Of a DNA stretch of 64,000 nucleotides, positions 49,065 to 62,100 are shown one piece after another. The stretch's first letter is position 1. The number at the start of each line of letters is the position of its first letter. The stretch lies in NCBI RefSeq assembly GCF_003704095.1, contig NW_020846537.1:62001-126000 (forward strand), read 5' to 3'. The notes under the pieces are model-generated. The model saw nothing but the letters and a program-made list of their open reading frames with translations. It did not search any database and was not told the origin of the DNA. Both the position numbers and the translations under genes were made by a program. The DNA is from Pocillopora damicornis (Eukaryota).

Positions 49065-51415
49065 TCATAAATTTGCACACTGGACTTTTTCTGTGGCATG
49101 AGTTCCGTCGCAAAATGGAGGCGAACCTGTCTGCTTGCATCCGCACAGGAAGATCTCAGAGCTGGTTACTTCTGCCACAAACCGGACTGGCTTGATTTGG
49201 GTCACTTTATGCCTTCCATCACAGAATGGCTGCAAGGAATACGAGAACTTGAAAAAAAGCTTTCTTTTTTTTTTCATTTTTTTTTTTTAAATAAATGGCC
49301 AAGCAGATCTTCAACCGGCTCTGAAGTCCTCTCCTCCCTGCATCTTTCACTACCATTTGGTGATAAATGTACATTGGCGACTCATTTTAACCATTTTAAC
49401 TTTTCCCTTGGACGAAAGCTTTCAACAATCTTTTAATAATTTTTATAAGATCTTTTGCAACAATTATTTAGTCTTGTCTTGCAATAGCCCCTCCTCCAAA
49501 AATTGCTTCATCCATCTGTTCGAACTGTTCTGTTACAGAAAAGGTCTGAAAGGCTTTCCACCCTCAAACAATAACTTAGAGTATTTCTTTGGGTTTCCCT
49601 TCATAATGCACCCTTTAAAGTCACAAGCAAAAGTGAGATACCTCTTTGAGAATACCCCAAATTCAATATGTAGGGTTATTACAATACATCCCAGAAGACA
49701 ACATAGGTGTTAGTTTTGGTAATTCTACACAGAAATTCTTTGATCATGTAGTGCCATAATGTCCAGTCATGACTCACAATCTTATTTTGATGAAACCTTC
49801 CCCTGAGGCTGTCAAATTGTCAGCCACATTAAGTAACTTTTCATGTCAATCCTTAGTTAGAAAATCACATCCCAATATCAACAAAACAGTGTTTCTTTCA
49901 GGTTATAATAATCTACTGTGAGCTCAAATGAATAAAGGGGGTAAGTTTCCAATGACACTGTGGTGCTGTGTCAGTAGGAGGGTAAAAAAGGGTTGTTAAG
50001 TATTATCAACTGAGTTGATATCATAAATCAGCCACCATAAAGAGTTTTAAAGGTGCAGTTTCGAGCATCAGCTTTAAAACTCTTTACACTGGCCAATTTA
50101 CTGTGAGCTCATCCTTATAAGCATATGAAGTTACCTGTTTTTTACTTAGTCCACACTTGCACCAAGAATACTTCTTCCCTTCAACAAGTTCCACTTGGAA
50201 TGGCTCCTTAGCAGCTATCACTGTTGCATCACAGTAGTGAAAAACCTTCATTGGAAAATAAGGGATTAACTTTTTTTTAAATCACATTTTCAGTAATTTT
50301 TGTGATTAAATTTTATTTTTCTGAAATCATTTAGAGTGGAGGAGTTGTATTGGCAGGACAACTTTATCTAATGGATTCATATAAATTTATGCAATCACAT
50401 CATGCCTGGTCAAATCCAACCTGTAACAATAGTTGGAAAGTGAAGCCACTGTCAGTGATGCGCCTGTTATAATTGTATGCACTTAAATGATTCCATCATA
50501 AAATGTTAACAGACCAGTGATGCAGTTGCATGTATTTACAATGAATCAGTAAGATCAAGTTGTACACCAGCCATGTTGCTAATTCAAGAGAAAGAAAGTC
50601 ACATAATTAACTCCTTTGCTGGCTGTATGCTTTTGACATTGGGAAGGACACTGAGCCATTCACAATCACAGCCATTCTTCGATTTCATTTCTTCCTTCTA
50701 AAAAGTTTTTTTTAAATGGGGGGGTAAGGGTGGGGAGGGGGAGATTGTGTGACAAACTTCAGGACACAATGAATTACTGTGACAACATGCATCCGATACA
50801 TGGGGGTGTATGTACACTTGAAAAAGAAAAGCCACCTGACTCACAGTGAGCTAGAATTAGCCCATTTTTTAAATAGTCAAAGGTGATATCAATGCCTGTG
50901 GCCTGCTAAGGAAAAAAATAAAGTTGTGTTTGAATTAACACTTGATCTGATCATAAAGCAAGATCATGCAGTCATTATCTGGTATTTCAAAAACTATCGA
51001 GATTACTTCTAATAAAACCTAAATTTGACAGATTTGCTAAAAATCCTGAGAATCCGATAAGGTAAATCTCCCACCCATGTCCAAAAAAATCTGAAAGGTA
51101 GATAAGGTCACCTTAGGGGAGGAGGGTATAGGAGCTAAATTGTAAGATTTAATAAGTTTCGAACAACTCATATCACTTTCGAGAACCTTTTTACTGACAG
51201 GTCTTGGGAGCTAAAATCAAAGAGACCGATGGAACAGATGCATTTTCAGTGCAGTTGTCATTTCCGCTGGCCTGACTGTGTATTACGTAAGAAAAGCACA
51301 CCTGTAGAGTACAACTTACAATCATGGCTGCTTCAATTCAGTGTCTCACCTGCTGCAACTGTAGACAGAAACGCTGGTTCGTAAGGAGTCTGGGGTTCCG
51401 CAAGAACAAGGCCAT
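49065..51415 (-). CDS. CISD3: CDGSH iron-sulfur domain-containing protein 3 (MiNT), mitochondrial, 113 aa
   Basis: Exons 51415-51350 (MALFLRNPRLLTNQRFCLQLQQ, Arg/Leu-rich and acid-free like a targeting peptide), 50245-50135 (..EGKKYSWCKCGLSKKQ), 49229-49065 (PFCDGRH...LCGCKQTGSPPFCDGTH..). Two CDGSH-type motifs; phase-0 GT-AG introns. Confidence 0.93.
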
Positions 51416-51646
51416 AATTAAGACAAAATAATCCAAACTGGCTGCCAGCTGAGACGATTTGTAAGCATGGTCCGGTACTTCAAATAAGCCCATCCATGCC
51501 CATTCATTCAACATGGTCAGCGGAATAAACCAATTGTTACTCGAGTTCTGAAGGTCTCTGCAAGGAAACCAAAACACTGCGTTTTCTGCGGAGAAAAAAA
51601 TATATATGTAGCTGGTATTCTGAAGAGTTGAAGAGGGAACATAATT
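51416..51646. promoter_or_regulatory. Probable bidirectional promoter and 5' UTRs of CISD3 and COMMD3
   Basis: Only 231 bp separate the two divergent ATGs (51415 on -, 51647 on +). Confidence 0.7.
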
Positions 51647-54600
51647 ATGGAGTTGAGCAGCGTAGCAATCGAAGGGCTCAATCTTTGTGGAGATTCGTCT
51701 CGTGTGGGTGATCGGAGTTTTCGAAATCTGGTTCAAATTACCTTGGATATTTTAGTAACGAAAAAGAACGAAGATGCCCTTAAAAGTAAGTTTAACGATC
51801 AGTTCAAGTAAGTTTTACAAAGTCAGTCACTACCTTGTTTTATTTTCCTAATCGTAAAGTTCAGCCTAGAGATGGTCTTGTGATCGTGACCGCGAGGCAG
51901 GTGATAGATTGCCAGCAGGGGGTGGGTTGGGGATTATGAAGTTCGGTGTATTTTAAAGATATTATTCACAGCTGTTGATATACCTCGTTTTGAATTAATG
52001 ACTTGTTGAAAATGGAGTAAAATCTTCAGATTTACTGACATAGTCCATTTTTCTGTTGGGTTTTTTTTCCTAACTCTGAGAAGCACTGTCAGAAATGATG
52101 TTGAAATCTCAAATTCTAATGAGGGTGGGGAAATGTTGGTCAGTACCCCACCTACCCCATACTGATTTGCATTTTGGAAAGAGAAATCAAATGAAAATCT
52201 TAATTTCAATACTTACCATGAAAAGACTGAAACAGTTTGGCATATCACTTTGCTCTAACAGAGGGCTAACATTCGAAATGTCAACTTTGAAACTCTTTAT
52301 GGTGGCCAATTTATGTTATCAACTCAATTGATAATACTGAATTACCCTGTTGTACTCTCCCACCGACACAGCACCACAGTTTCTTTAGAAACTTAACCCC
52401 TTTATTCATATCACAAGGTTGTATTGGTATCGGTGACTGTTGTAATGAGGCTTATCTACCTGTGTGTAATAACAACAAGTGATCTTGTTTTCTTTCTGCA
52501 GGTGATGAAGACATTTCCACTGTGGATTCAGCAACTCTTAAGCAAGCATATGCTGGCCTAGTGACAATGATATTGGAGGCTATCAAGATGGATTGTGATA
52601 CATCCTCTATAAGGTTAACATGAACTTTTTCAAACATAATTACCCATCATGTAGTTAGATGAAAGGCTATGCATAGAGAGAAGGGAGTGTTAGCCCTTCA
52701 TCATTGGCTCCAACAAAGAAATAATGCTCAAAATATCAGCTTCAGAAACTTTTAACGGAGGCCAATTCTCAATATCAGCTCAGTTGATAAAACCAGATTA
52801 TATCCTATTAAGCAAGCACTNNNNNNNNNNNNNNNNNNNNNNNNNNNNNNNNNNNNNNNNNNNNNNNNNNNNNNNNNNNNNNNNNNNNNNNNNNNNNNNN
52901 NNNNNNNNNNNNNNNNNNNNAGGGGAGAATTAACAATTAGATCTTGGGAGTTAAAGGATTAATATACATGGGTATAGGTTACCTTACAAAGTACAATACA
53001 GCTTGATAGCAGTTGAATCATATCAAGTGTAGACACATCTGTTGATCATGTTGAGGAGAAAATTTTCATCCTGTAACTTACTGTTACTTTTTCTCTTGTC
53101 TCTATTTGAACTTTGTAGGATTATAAACCTAATTTGGAAGCACTGCTTGCCAGGTAATTGATTTCCTTCATTCACTCATAATGTCTTGTTTGTAATTCTC
53201 ATGAGTGTCTGCTATACAGTTCTTATGATGTTAGTTTGGAGAATTTTGTATTGGATCAACTAATAGTCCCCTCATGGTTATTTTTTCTTTATTCTCATTC
53301 CTTGTCTGCTAGATATTGTAAGGAGAAATTCTGTCTTGGTCCCTCATTGGAATTAATGGGTTAAATAAATTTCATGCTACCAATTAACAAGTGATCTAAG
53401 CCTGGAGCATAATTAAGAATTTGTTCTTGCTTAATGTGTGAATATTGAGTTATGGATGCATGCAGGAAGTTTGGAGAGCATGAAAAATGTGTAAGAGTAG
53501 CTTGATGTGCAGCCAAGAGTAACTCTAGCTTTTTGAGTGCTCTCCCAACTTCCCAAGTGCATCCATAACTCAATATATGCACAGCTAAAAGCATGAGCAA
53601 ATTCTTTTATAACAGAGTGACAACAAGGATCTGCACAAAGAAGCTTTTTATTGTGATAGAGTGTGAAATTCTCACAAAGCACCCAAAAAAAGTAAAGAAA
53701 CGGCCCTATTGGCTGGTCAACACCACATTTTATACTTTGGTTTGAGCAAGAACATTTGGTCCAGTTAACCAATAACTGAATGAAAAGCTTTTGTTAATAG
53801 TGGCTCATTATAGGACTTATCAGTATAGGGCAAGAATGCGTGCTATGTTATAAAAAAAAATTTTCAATGAATTGTAGACTTTCAAGTTACTAGATTCTTG
53901 ATGATTGATTGTTGGTTGATTGAGAGGATTTTCTGCTGTGCTTCTAATTTTAGAACAGGAGGTTCATTTCCTCATGTTGTGGATGTGGATTGGAGACTAG
54001 ATTATTACATTAAGGTAAACTGGTTTGGTTTTATTACCCACAGAATAGAATTTCTAAAGCTGTAGTTCTAAGCATTAGCCCTTTTTCATTCCGTCTGTTG
54101 AAGGGCTATTGCTTGAAATGTCAGCTTTGAAACTTGCTGCAGTGACCCCTTTGCAGTCATTATCAATTCAGTTGATGAAACCAATTAATTTCTGTAATAT
54201 CCTCCACTTATGTAGCACAACAGTCTCCCCAGGAACTTACCCTCTTTGATTTAAAAACTCAGCTCCTTTGGTACAAAAAGTTGAATAAATGCAAAGAAGT
54301 TCAGAAAAAGTTTCATAGTACAATTTGGATGCCCTGCGCTGTGTCACTACATGGACAACAAACATCTAATTTTTCTTGAAATTATTTCTTTACTTTTATT
54401 TCTGTCTTTTATCAGAATAATCAGATGGAGAAAGTAAACAAACCCACATATCTCATCACACTTAAAACTGAGGTACAGTACAAGTACAGTTTGTTGAATT
54501 TCTTCATTTCAATTCTAGTTTATATGTTCAGTCACTTAAACTTCTACAATCCCTGGTAGTCATTATTTGGTTTCTTTATGTACCGGTATGTCAGATTCTT

Positions 54601-55806
54601 GCTTTAATTACCCGCTATGATGTCTTATTCTTGAGATTTACTGTGAAACTCAGATAACTCTGAACAAGCTTTTTTGATTCTTCCAGGTCAGTTGTTTTCT
54701 GACCAATCTCAATAAACTTTAGAATGTATGGACTGACCTCCAAAACAGCTAGTCATTTGCTCAAGAATGAAATATCATTTTCATATCAAAGGCTTCACTC
54801 TTACATAAAGAAGTGACTTTTGGGCCACATTGAAAAATGGCAGAGTGTTATGTAAGGTAAAAGGTAAAGTCTGTGGTCAAGCCTAGTGCCCACTCAGCTG
54901 GAGCATACCATGGTTTCTTTAGCATGAAGTGGCTAGAAGTATCACCACTTCCCCCTTTTGGATGGGATACCTCCCAGCATTTCATCAAGCTTCTCAGACA
55001 ATTTGCCAGTACCCATTTATACTATTGGGTCAAGGAGAGAGGGGTTGTGAAGGAAAAGTGATTTGCCCAAGAACACATCACAGTGACCTGGCCAGGTCTA
55101 GAACCCAGACCCCTCAATCCATATTCCAGTGCGCTAACCATTACGTGACCGTGTCTCCTTGGGTTTTACACCAAATTTGTTTTTCTATTGACACATCATT
55201 GTCATAATAGTTTCCTCTTAAATTATTATTTTATCTCGCAATCATTCCTTGAAATTCCCTTATATCATAATGAGAAGTTAGCTCATCTCTTTCTCGTTGC
55301 AGGAAGCTGGGAAGACCAAGGGAGAAGATGTACAATTTTCGTGCACAATGGAGCAATTACAGGTTGACGAATGTTTAGTTATTTAAAGTTTTATAAACAA
55401 ACCTTGAATCCGATCACTGTAGAATGTGTGTAGATGCATAGAAATCTCTTCTTCACATCATTTGGTTTTATTAACTGAGTTGATAATGTACAGAGTTTTT
55501 AAAGCTAAAGTTTGGAGCGTTAACCTTGTATTATTCGCTCTGACGAATGGCTAACACTCGAAACCTCAGCTTCAGAAACTCTTACGGAGGCCAATTTACA
55601 CTATCAACTCAGTTTATAAAACCAAATTATATTATGATACCCCCCGCCGATACAACACCACAGTTTATTTAAAAATATACCCCTTTTCGTCTTTAGATAC
55701 CCTTGTATGTGATTATGACTTTTAAATTTTATTTTTGTCCTGGTAGGATCTGGTTGGAAAATTGAAAGATGCTTGTAAAAGTGTAGAGAAGGCTGCTAAT
55801 AACTGA
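51647..55806 (+). CDS. COMMD3: COMM domain-containing protein 3 (one internal exon missing, probably in gap 52821-52920)
   Basis: Exons 51647-51785 (MELSSVAIEGL..), 52502-52613 (..VDSATLKQAYAGLVTMILEA..), [missing exon needed to go from phase 2 to 0], 53119-53153, 53954-54014 (FPHVVDVDWRLDYYIK), 54416-54472 (NNQMEKVNKPTYLITL), 55303-55362 (VQFSCTMEQLQ), 55747-55806 (DLVGKLKDACKSVEKAANN*). Matches the COMMD3 C-terminus FSCSMEQLQDLVGKLKDA. Confidence 0.93.
52255..52405 (+). repeat. Short interspersed repeat family (other copies about 9290-9395, 49935-50100 inverted, 52720-52800, 54055-54245, 55460-55690)
   Basis: Recurrent string ggccaattta.gttatcaactca.ttgataa...aattaccctgtt.tactctcccaccgac..agcaccacagtttctttagaaactta. 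Confidence 0.8.
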
Positions 55807-58800
55807 TGTTCAGTCCTAAGCCCTGTGAAGACATAGTAAACAAAGACATTATTTTTATGATTATATTAGATGTATCTACGTCAATTGCGTATTTGTTAAG
55901 GAAAGTTTACACGTCTAGCGCTGCTTTTTTAAGGAGTGCAACTGAAGAGATTTCGCTACACGTTTTAGCCACAGTGACTGATGAAAAAGATGATGTTTCG
56001 AATACATAGACCCTAATTTTTTGCCGGGTCATTTTTTTTACCGCTGAACCTAATAGAGAACATTTCTTTTTTGTAGTTTTCGTCAGAGAAAAATAAAATT
56101 AAGGTGAACAGACACTTGTGTCCTTCAATCTTAATAGACCATGTTTGCGTCTTTGGTTTGTTCGTCTAAGAGGTAGTGTCAAGATAAATAATTTTGCGTT
56201 AATCGGCGAAAGAATGGTAGAAAAAAACTCTATGTAACACCATTTTTGTCGACTGTAAATGTGTAATCAAAGCACAGTCAAACATCGATTATCCAGACCT
56301 CGATTATCCGGATTTTCGATTGTCCGGACTTGCTTTTCTGGTCCAGTAATGAAAATCTCGCTGAAACTAAATTTTAAATCCGCTTTCTAAAGCTGTAGAA
56401 TGTTTTAGGAAATGTTTAACTCACATGGAAGTCAAATTTTCTAAGTCTGAGGTTTTGGAACAAGTTACTCATTTTCGACTAGTGATTTAATTCTGGTTTT
56501 GCACGACCTTACATGGGTTGAAGCTGCTAGATGGTAAATGGTTCGACTGTTTCGATCACATGCAGTATGTCCTTCGAGCATGCATAAACACAACGGCCAA
56601 TCCGAAGGAAGACTTCAGTGTTTTTCTTTCCCTAAAATGTGTATTGTTAACTGGTTTAATAAGCGGCCCTGGAACGGATATGCCATTACCTACCTGTCAC
56701 GAGAACCATTTTCACCAGTGGCCAGCTTCAGTTATTTAGACACTTAATTCGCGTCAAGAATGGGTCCACTTAAACACCTCTTACTATACGAGCTCGAGGT
56801 CCATGCAATAAGTTACGGGCCGAATTTCTTTTTCGCTCGGATTTAATGGTTATCGTAATGATTAGATTTACCGCCTTCGTTAGAATAAACGTCCCCTCTT
56901 TGGTAAACGCCCCCCTCGAATTTATTTTTGTTAATAAGCGCCCCGATTCTAATGAGTTCCCATATTGAGTAAGTACTCTCACACTACATTCCAATAAGCG
57001 CCCTTGTTCTGTTCCGATGATAACACTGTTAGAGTACATGTACACTGCCATCAACCTTGGTTCATCTGCCTTTAATTGCACACTCAAAGTCCCATTGAGA
57101 AGGGGGTCCTTCGTTCCAGCCTCTCAACTATTATGTCCACGTGAATGCGCAGTTCCTTCAATAGATGATCTCGTCTTCAAATTTTGCGACGAGTGCTTGG
57201 CTAGGTGTTCTANNNNNNNNNNNNNNNNNNNNNNNNNNNNNNNNNNNNNNNNNNNNNNNNNNNNNNNNNNNNNNNNNNNNNNNNNNNNNNNNNNNNNNNN
57301 NNNNNNNNNNNNCTTCGCCAAATGATACGTCTGTCATATCATTGCTGCCTTTTGGAATATTCAGCGTTCTCAATGACATAATTGCTTGTGCCTTTTCTAT
57401 GCATTGTAAACCTCTAACTGAACGAATTCCAGGTCCTCACAGTAAAAAGTACGGTTCAAGCGTGAAGAGTGCGGACCATACATCCGTCGAGCGAAAATAC
57501 GATATTCCACAGTACGGACCGTAAAGTAAAATATTCATCGCAACTCTGGGTTCAAACAGAGGGGGAAGATTTCCATTCTACCAAACTTTTGAATTTAGGG
57601 GACTGCACAGTGAAATACGGGCCGGTAAATTGATCAATTCTGGCGCTCATACTAACTGAGAGGTGTACTAAAAACGCGAGAAGACCAGAAAATTATGCTT
57701 AGGCATGAACTGAACATGTAACAAGGATTAAAAAAAGGGTCGCCAAAAACTGAGAAAAAATGTCTTCATTCGCAATGAGCGTACATAATCGATCTGCCGC
57801 AGATTTAGATTTTTGAAGAAGTCTCGTAATATATTGCATCCTTTTTAAGAGAAATATATTTCGTTGGGCTGAAGAACAGCGAAAAACTTGTCGGGTCTTT
57901 CAACAAAGAGGCAGGTGTTTTTTTCTCTTTCACAGTATTCCAAAAACGATCCATGAAGTCACCTCAGGCAACAAATGGTGAAAATAAGAACAGTTACAAC
58001 TTAACCTCAGTTCAAAGTGAAATCCTTAAGCCATGATGCAACTGTACGTCTCCATGAACTCTTTGACACCTAGGAGTGACTAACATCTACTTTCTCCGTA
58101 CAATATCACCCATGAATCACACTTTAAGGTTACGAGAATAAAGGAAATGATTACCATCTGAAGAAGCTCTTGATTGTGAAACAAATTCTCCTAGTTATCA
58201 CCGCAGGAAATGTATAAAGAATATATATGTTGATGTTAGGGGGGCGAGGGGTTGATAAAAAGTGTTTTAACGATACGTGAGGAATTGTATCATGTGAAAG
58301 CTGAGAAAACGGTTCCCATAACGTAATATTTCGCAATCGATGAAATTATCCTTGGCCGAAAATGATAACAGCTACAATGCTAAAGTTGAAATCAAATCAG
58401 TGAGCGATCCTCAAGCTCAACCTCATTTCTTTACTAATTATAGAATTATATTACGTGTAAGTTAAAAGTTACAAATGTTTTTGAGGCGCGGACGGAAGCC
58501 AGAAGTTAAAACTTATCATTCCTGATGCTCACTGTACCTTTGTGGTCTGCACAATTTGGTTTTAAGTATGGAAATGACGACTGTACAGTCGATCCATTGA
58601 CGTCAAAGCGCACGAGAATTAGCTTTATTCTTCTTCCGGTTGCTGTTCGCGTTTCCAGAACGTCACTGCCCTAGTTCTCTAGTTACAGTAAAAAAACAAC
58701 CTTTAGCTATTTTCTCATTTTTGCGTCAACGTTCTCCTGAAACTTTCAAGTTTGAAGATCGACGTTCATAACCTGATCTTCTGAAGGAACCGCGACTCAA

Positions 58801-59177
58801 AATCACCTTGAAATAGGTGATGAAATCACAAATATTGGCAGCCAGTTCAAACTCATCACGGTTTACTCGAAGCCGTTGGCAACAGAAGAAGAAATCAGAA
58901 ATAACGCATACGGGACACAGTTGTGGGATCGTTGAATTATCATTTTGATAGGTTGCTCGTATAGCGTGATTTTAGTTGTGTCCTCTGACAATTTTGAATT
59001 CATTTCTGTTTTCAGTTTTCATCATCCTTTGTCATACCGGAGAGAGTAGGAGAGGAAGTCTTTCGCTTTTTTGCTGAACACGCACGACAGCAGACCGGAA
59101 GTCTTAAGTTTTCTCGCTAGACACACGACAGTGGCGCTCAGAGATCACGCATCGTCGCTGCCATCGTTATCGCCAAC

Positions 59178-62100
59178 ATGTCTTTGCTTAAGATGCCGCT
59201 TGGAGAACTAAATCCTCACTTGATGTGTGTATTGTGTTCTGGGTACCTTGTAGACGCAACAACGATTATCGAGTGCCTGCATTCTTGTAAGTTCACACTG
59301 TTTACAAACTGATTTATTTTAATCATAGATTCTTGTTGTTAATATAGAATGTCTTTGATAGCCAATAAAAATTAGCCGTGCAAACATCTGGTTGAGGTTT
59401 GTAAGTAAAGGGGTGCTTGTTGCAATTGTTCAACTCCTATAGCTGAATTTTGAATATTACGTTTAATTATTTATGTACTCTCTCGTGAGATCTAGCCGTC
59501 TAAAATATACGTTCATTTCTTTCTAAAATTTCTCAATAAGTTTAAAGTAATGCAATCCATACAGAGTTCCATAGGTTCATAATATATTGTGTTTCCTTTG
59601 TGAGTTTCACTGTTAGAGTTGACAAAGTATTAATTTTTGTACCTTTTTTTTCTGTAGTTTGTCGTAGCTGTATCGTTAAATATCTCCAGACATCGTATCA
59701 CTGTCCTGTCTGTGATGTTGAGGTCCACAAAACCAAACCACTGCTTCATATAAGGTGAGTAACTGTAGAAGACGCTTTGTTTGAATTTTTCCCAAACTAC
59801 CCTAGGACTGTCCAAGCAGATAAATATATAAGAACTTAACGACGGAAGTCCTCGCTTCGGTCGTTCGTAGACTTTCACCTTTGCGGTCCGTTTTTTCATT
59901 CTTGTTTAATTGCAGCATAAACAATCTATCATACGAAAAATAAAAATTATGAATTGTGTGGTTAATTTTCAGCAATGCGATAAAACACGTTGAATAAAGA
60001 GTTGTGATCAAAAAGGACTGCAATAAATTTATCTTATCAGACGTTTTGGTGTGTAGCATCGCTGAGTAATTTTTAGGAGTTGTGTCGTATTTTGACAAGC
60101 CCTTAGGGCGAGTCAAACTACAAACAACGAGTAAAAATACTCAGCGATACCACAAAGCAAAACCTCTTATAAGTTAGTTATTTATTATACAACTGCTTTT
60201 TTCTTCTTCTAAGTCTTTTTGCTTATTTCTCCAAATAACCGTACATTATTATCCAACTGCACAAAGTAGAGTACAAATAACGCGCGAATGGAGTACAAAT
60301 ATCCTGCGATACTGTACAGTTATTTGGACAATAGGTTATTTCGTACTGTAAAAAAAACCTGTTTACCGTTTGGCTGCACGCGCTACGCCTCTCCATCCGC
60401 TTTTCTTTTCCCGCCTTATGAGAAATGAACAGAGAGACTTCGCAGAAAAAAAGCAGTTGAATAACAAATAACTTATTAGACGTTTTGGCGTGCAGTATCG
60501 CTGAGTATTTTTATGAGTTGTGCCCTATTTTTTACTCGCCCTACAGACTCGTCAACATAGGGTACAACTCGTAAAAAATACTTAGCGATACTACACACCA
60601 AAACGTCTAATAAGATATATTTCAAAGCGGCGAAACTCAGCAATCGTTGTTCAAATTCAGAATAACTATGCCTCAGCAAATCCTGAATTTTTCTCACCCT
60701 GATCCGTAGTAGTTTTAGTGGCAGTTCAGCTGTAAAACTCTTGACAACACAAATTTTGCTCGAAATAGCGGGGTGTACAAAATATCGAGGGTTGGGCTTT
60801 CAAAACGATATATTTAGGGTACGCAAAAAAAAGAAGCTCCAGATGTAATTGGAGATAGAGGGTATTACAGTGTTTTAATCCCTCTTTCTCTGTCTTCTAT
60901 GCTATGGCAGACCCGACCGACCGCTCCAGGAAATTGTGAACAAGCTTGTTCCAGGATTAGTATATGGTAAGAAGGATTATTATATAAATTATTATCCAAC
61001 TTCACCAAGTAGGGTACAGATAACGAGCGAATAGAGTACAAATATCATGCGATATTGTACGGTTATTTGGACAGTTGGTTATTGTGTAATGTAAAAAAGG
61101 CTGTTTAATCAGTCGGCTGCGCGTGCTACGCTTCTCTATCCACTTTGCTTTTCCCGCCTTATGAGAAATAAACAGAAAGACTCAGCTGAAAAAAAAAAGC
61201 AGTTATATAATAAATAACTTATCAGACGAGTTTTACCGTATTTTTATAGCCCGTACGTAGGGCGAGTCAAAACACAAACCACGTGTAAAAATATTCAGCA
61301 ATACCACAAACCAAAACGTCTAGTAAGATATATATATTGTAATGGCAGTAAAGTCTCATGGACGGCGACAGGCCTTCTCCATCGATCAGGGAGAGAGGAA
61401 TCTGAGCACAAGTCTTTGCATAGCGGTTTAATCGAGAAATATTTGTTGAGCGCTTTATGATTGAGTGGCGTAAAACCAAACTGAAGTAAACACAGCAGCC
61501 AGCCAGAACTAGAGAAAATATCAAAGATAATCAAACCGTTTGAAGTGCTAGAAAAGTCTAGTGCTCAATTGGTTTTGATTTTGATTCTGATTGGTTAAAA
61601 AAGTGGTGCGAGTTTCCTGGACCAATCATTGGTTTTACTTCCTTTCGCTATGTGATTGGTCCAGAAACTCGCACCATGATTCTCTCAACCAATCAGCTGC
61701 AAATCTAGAAACAATCGAAACTTGGTCGCTTCCGTTTTCCCACGCTTGTCTTTATTTCGCAAGGAAATCAAATCTTGTTCTTGGTCAGCACATCCCGGGA
61801 AAATTTGGGATAAATCAGCACATCTACATACCACACCTGCGAGCTTAAGCAATCAGTCTAACTTTAGATAGGCATTTCCTTAATCAAAAGTAACGAGACA
61901 GTAAAAAAGTTAGTAAGAGAAATCTTATTGTTTTTTATCCCATTTTGTTATATTACAGACGAATTCAATCGCCGTACAAAATTCGAAGACAAAATAGAAG
62001 AGGAAAATTCTACAAACGAAGGTAAGAGGAAGAAATGTGTTGAAATTCGTTTAACATTAATCTTACGTTAGATACATTTAATTTGTAACAAACGGTACAT

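Noticed and set aside
52614-53118. COMMD3 pseudogenisation by exon loss
   Set aside because: The missing exon coincides with the N gap at 52821-52920; all other exons are intact.
56770-57524. ORFs between COMMD3 and PCGF
   Set aside because: Interrupted by a gap and stops, no recognisable domain or consistent splice model.
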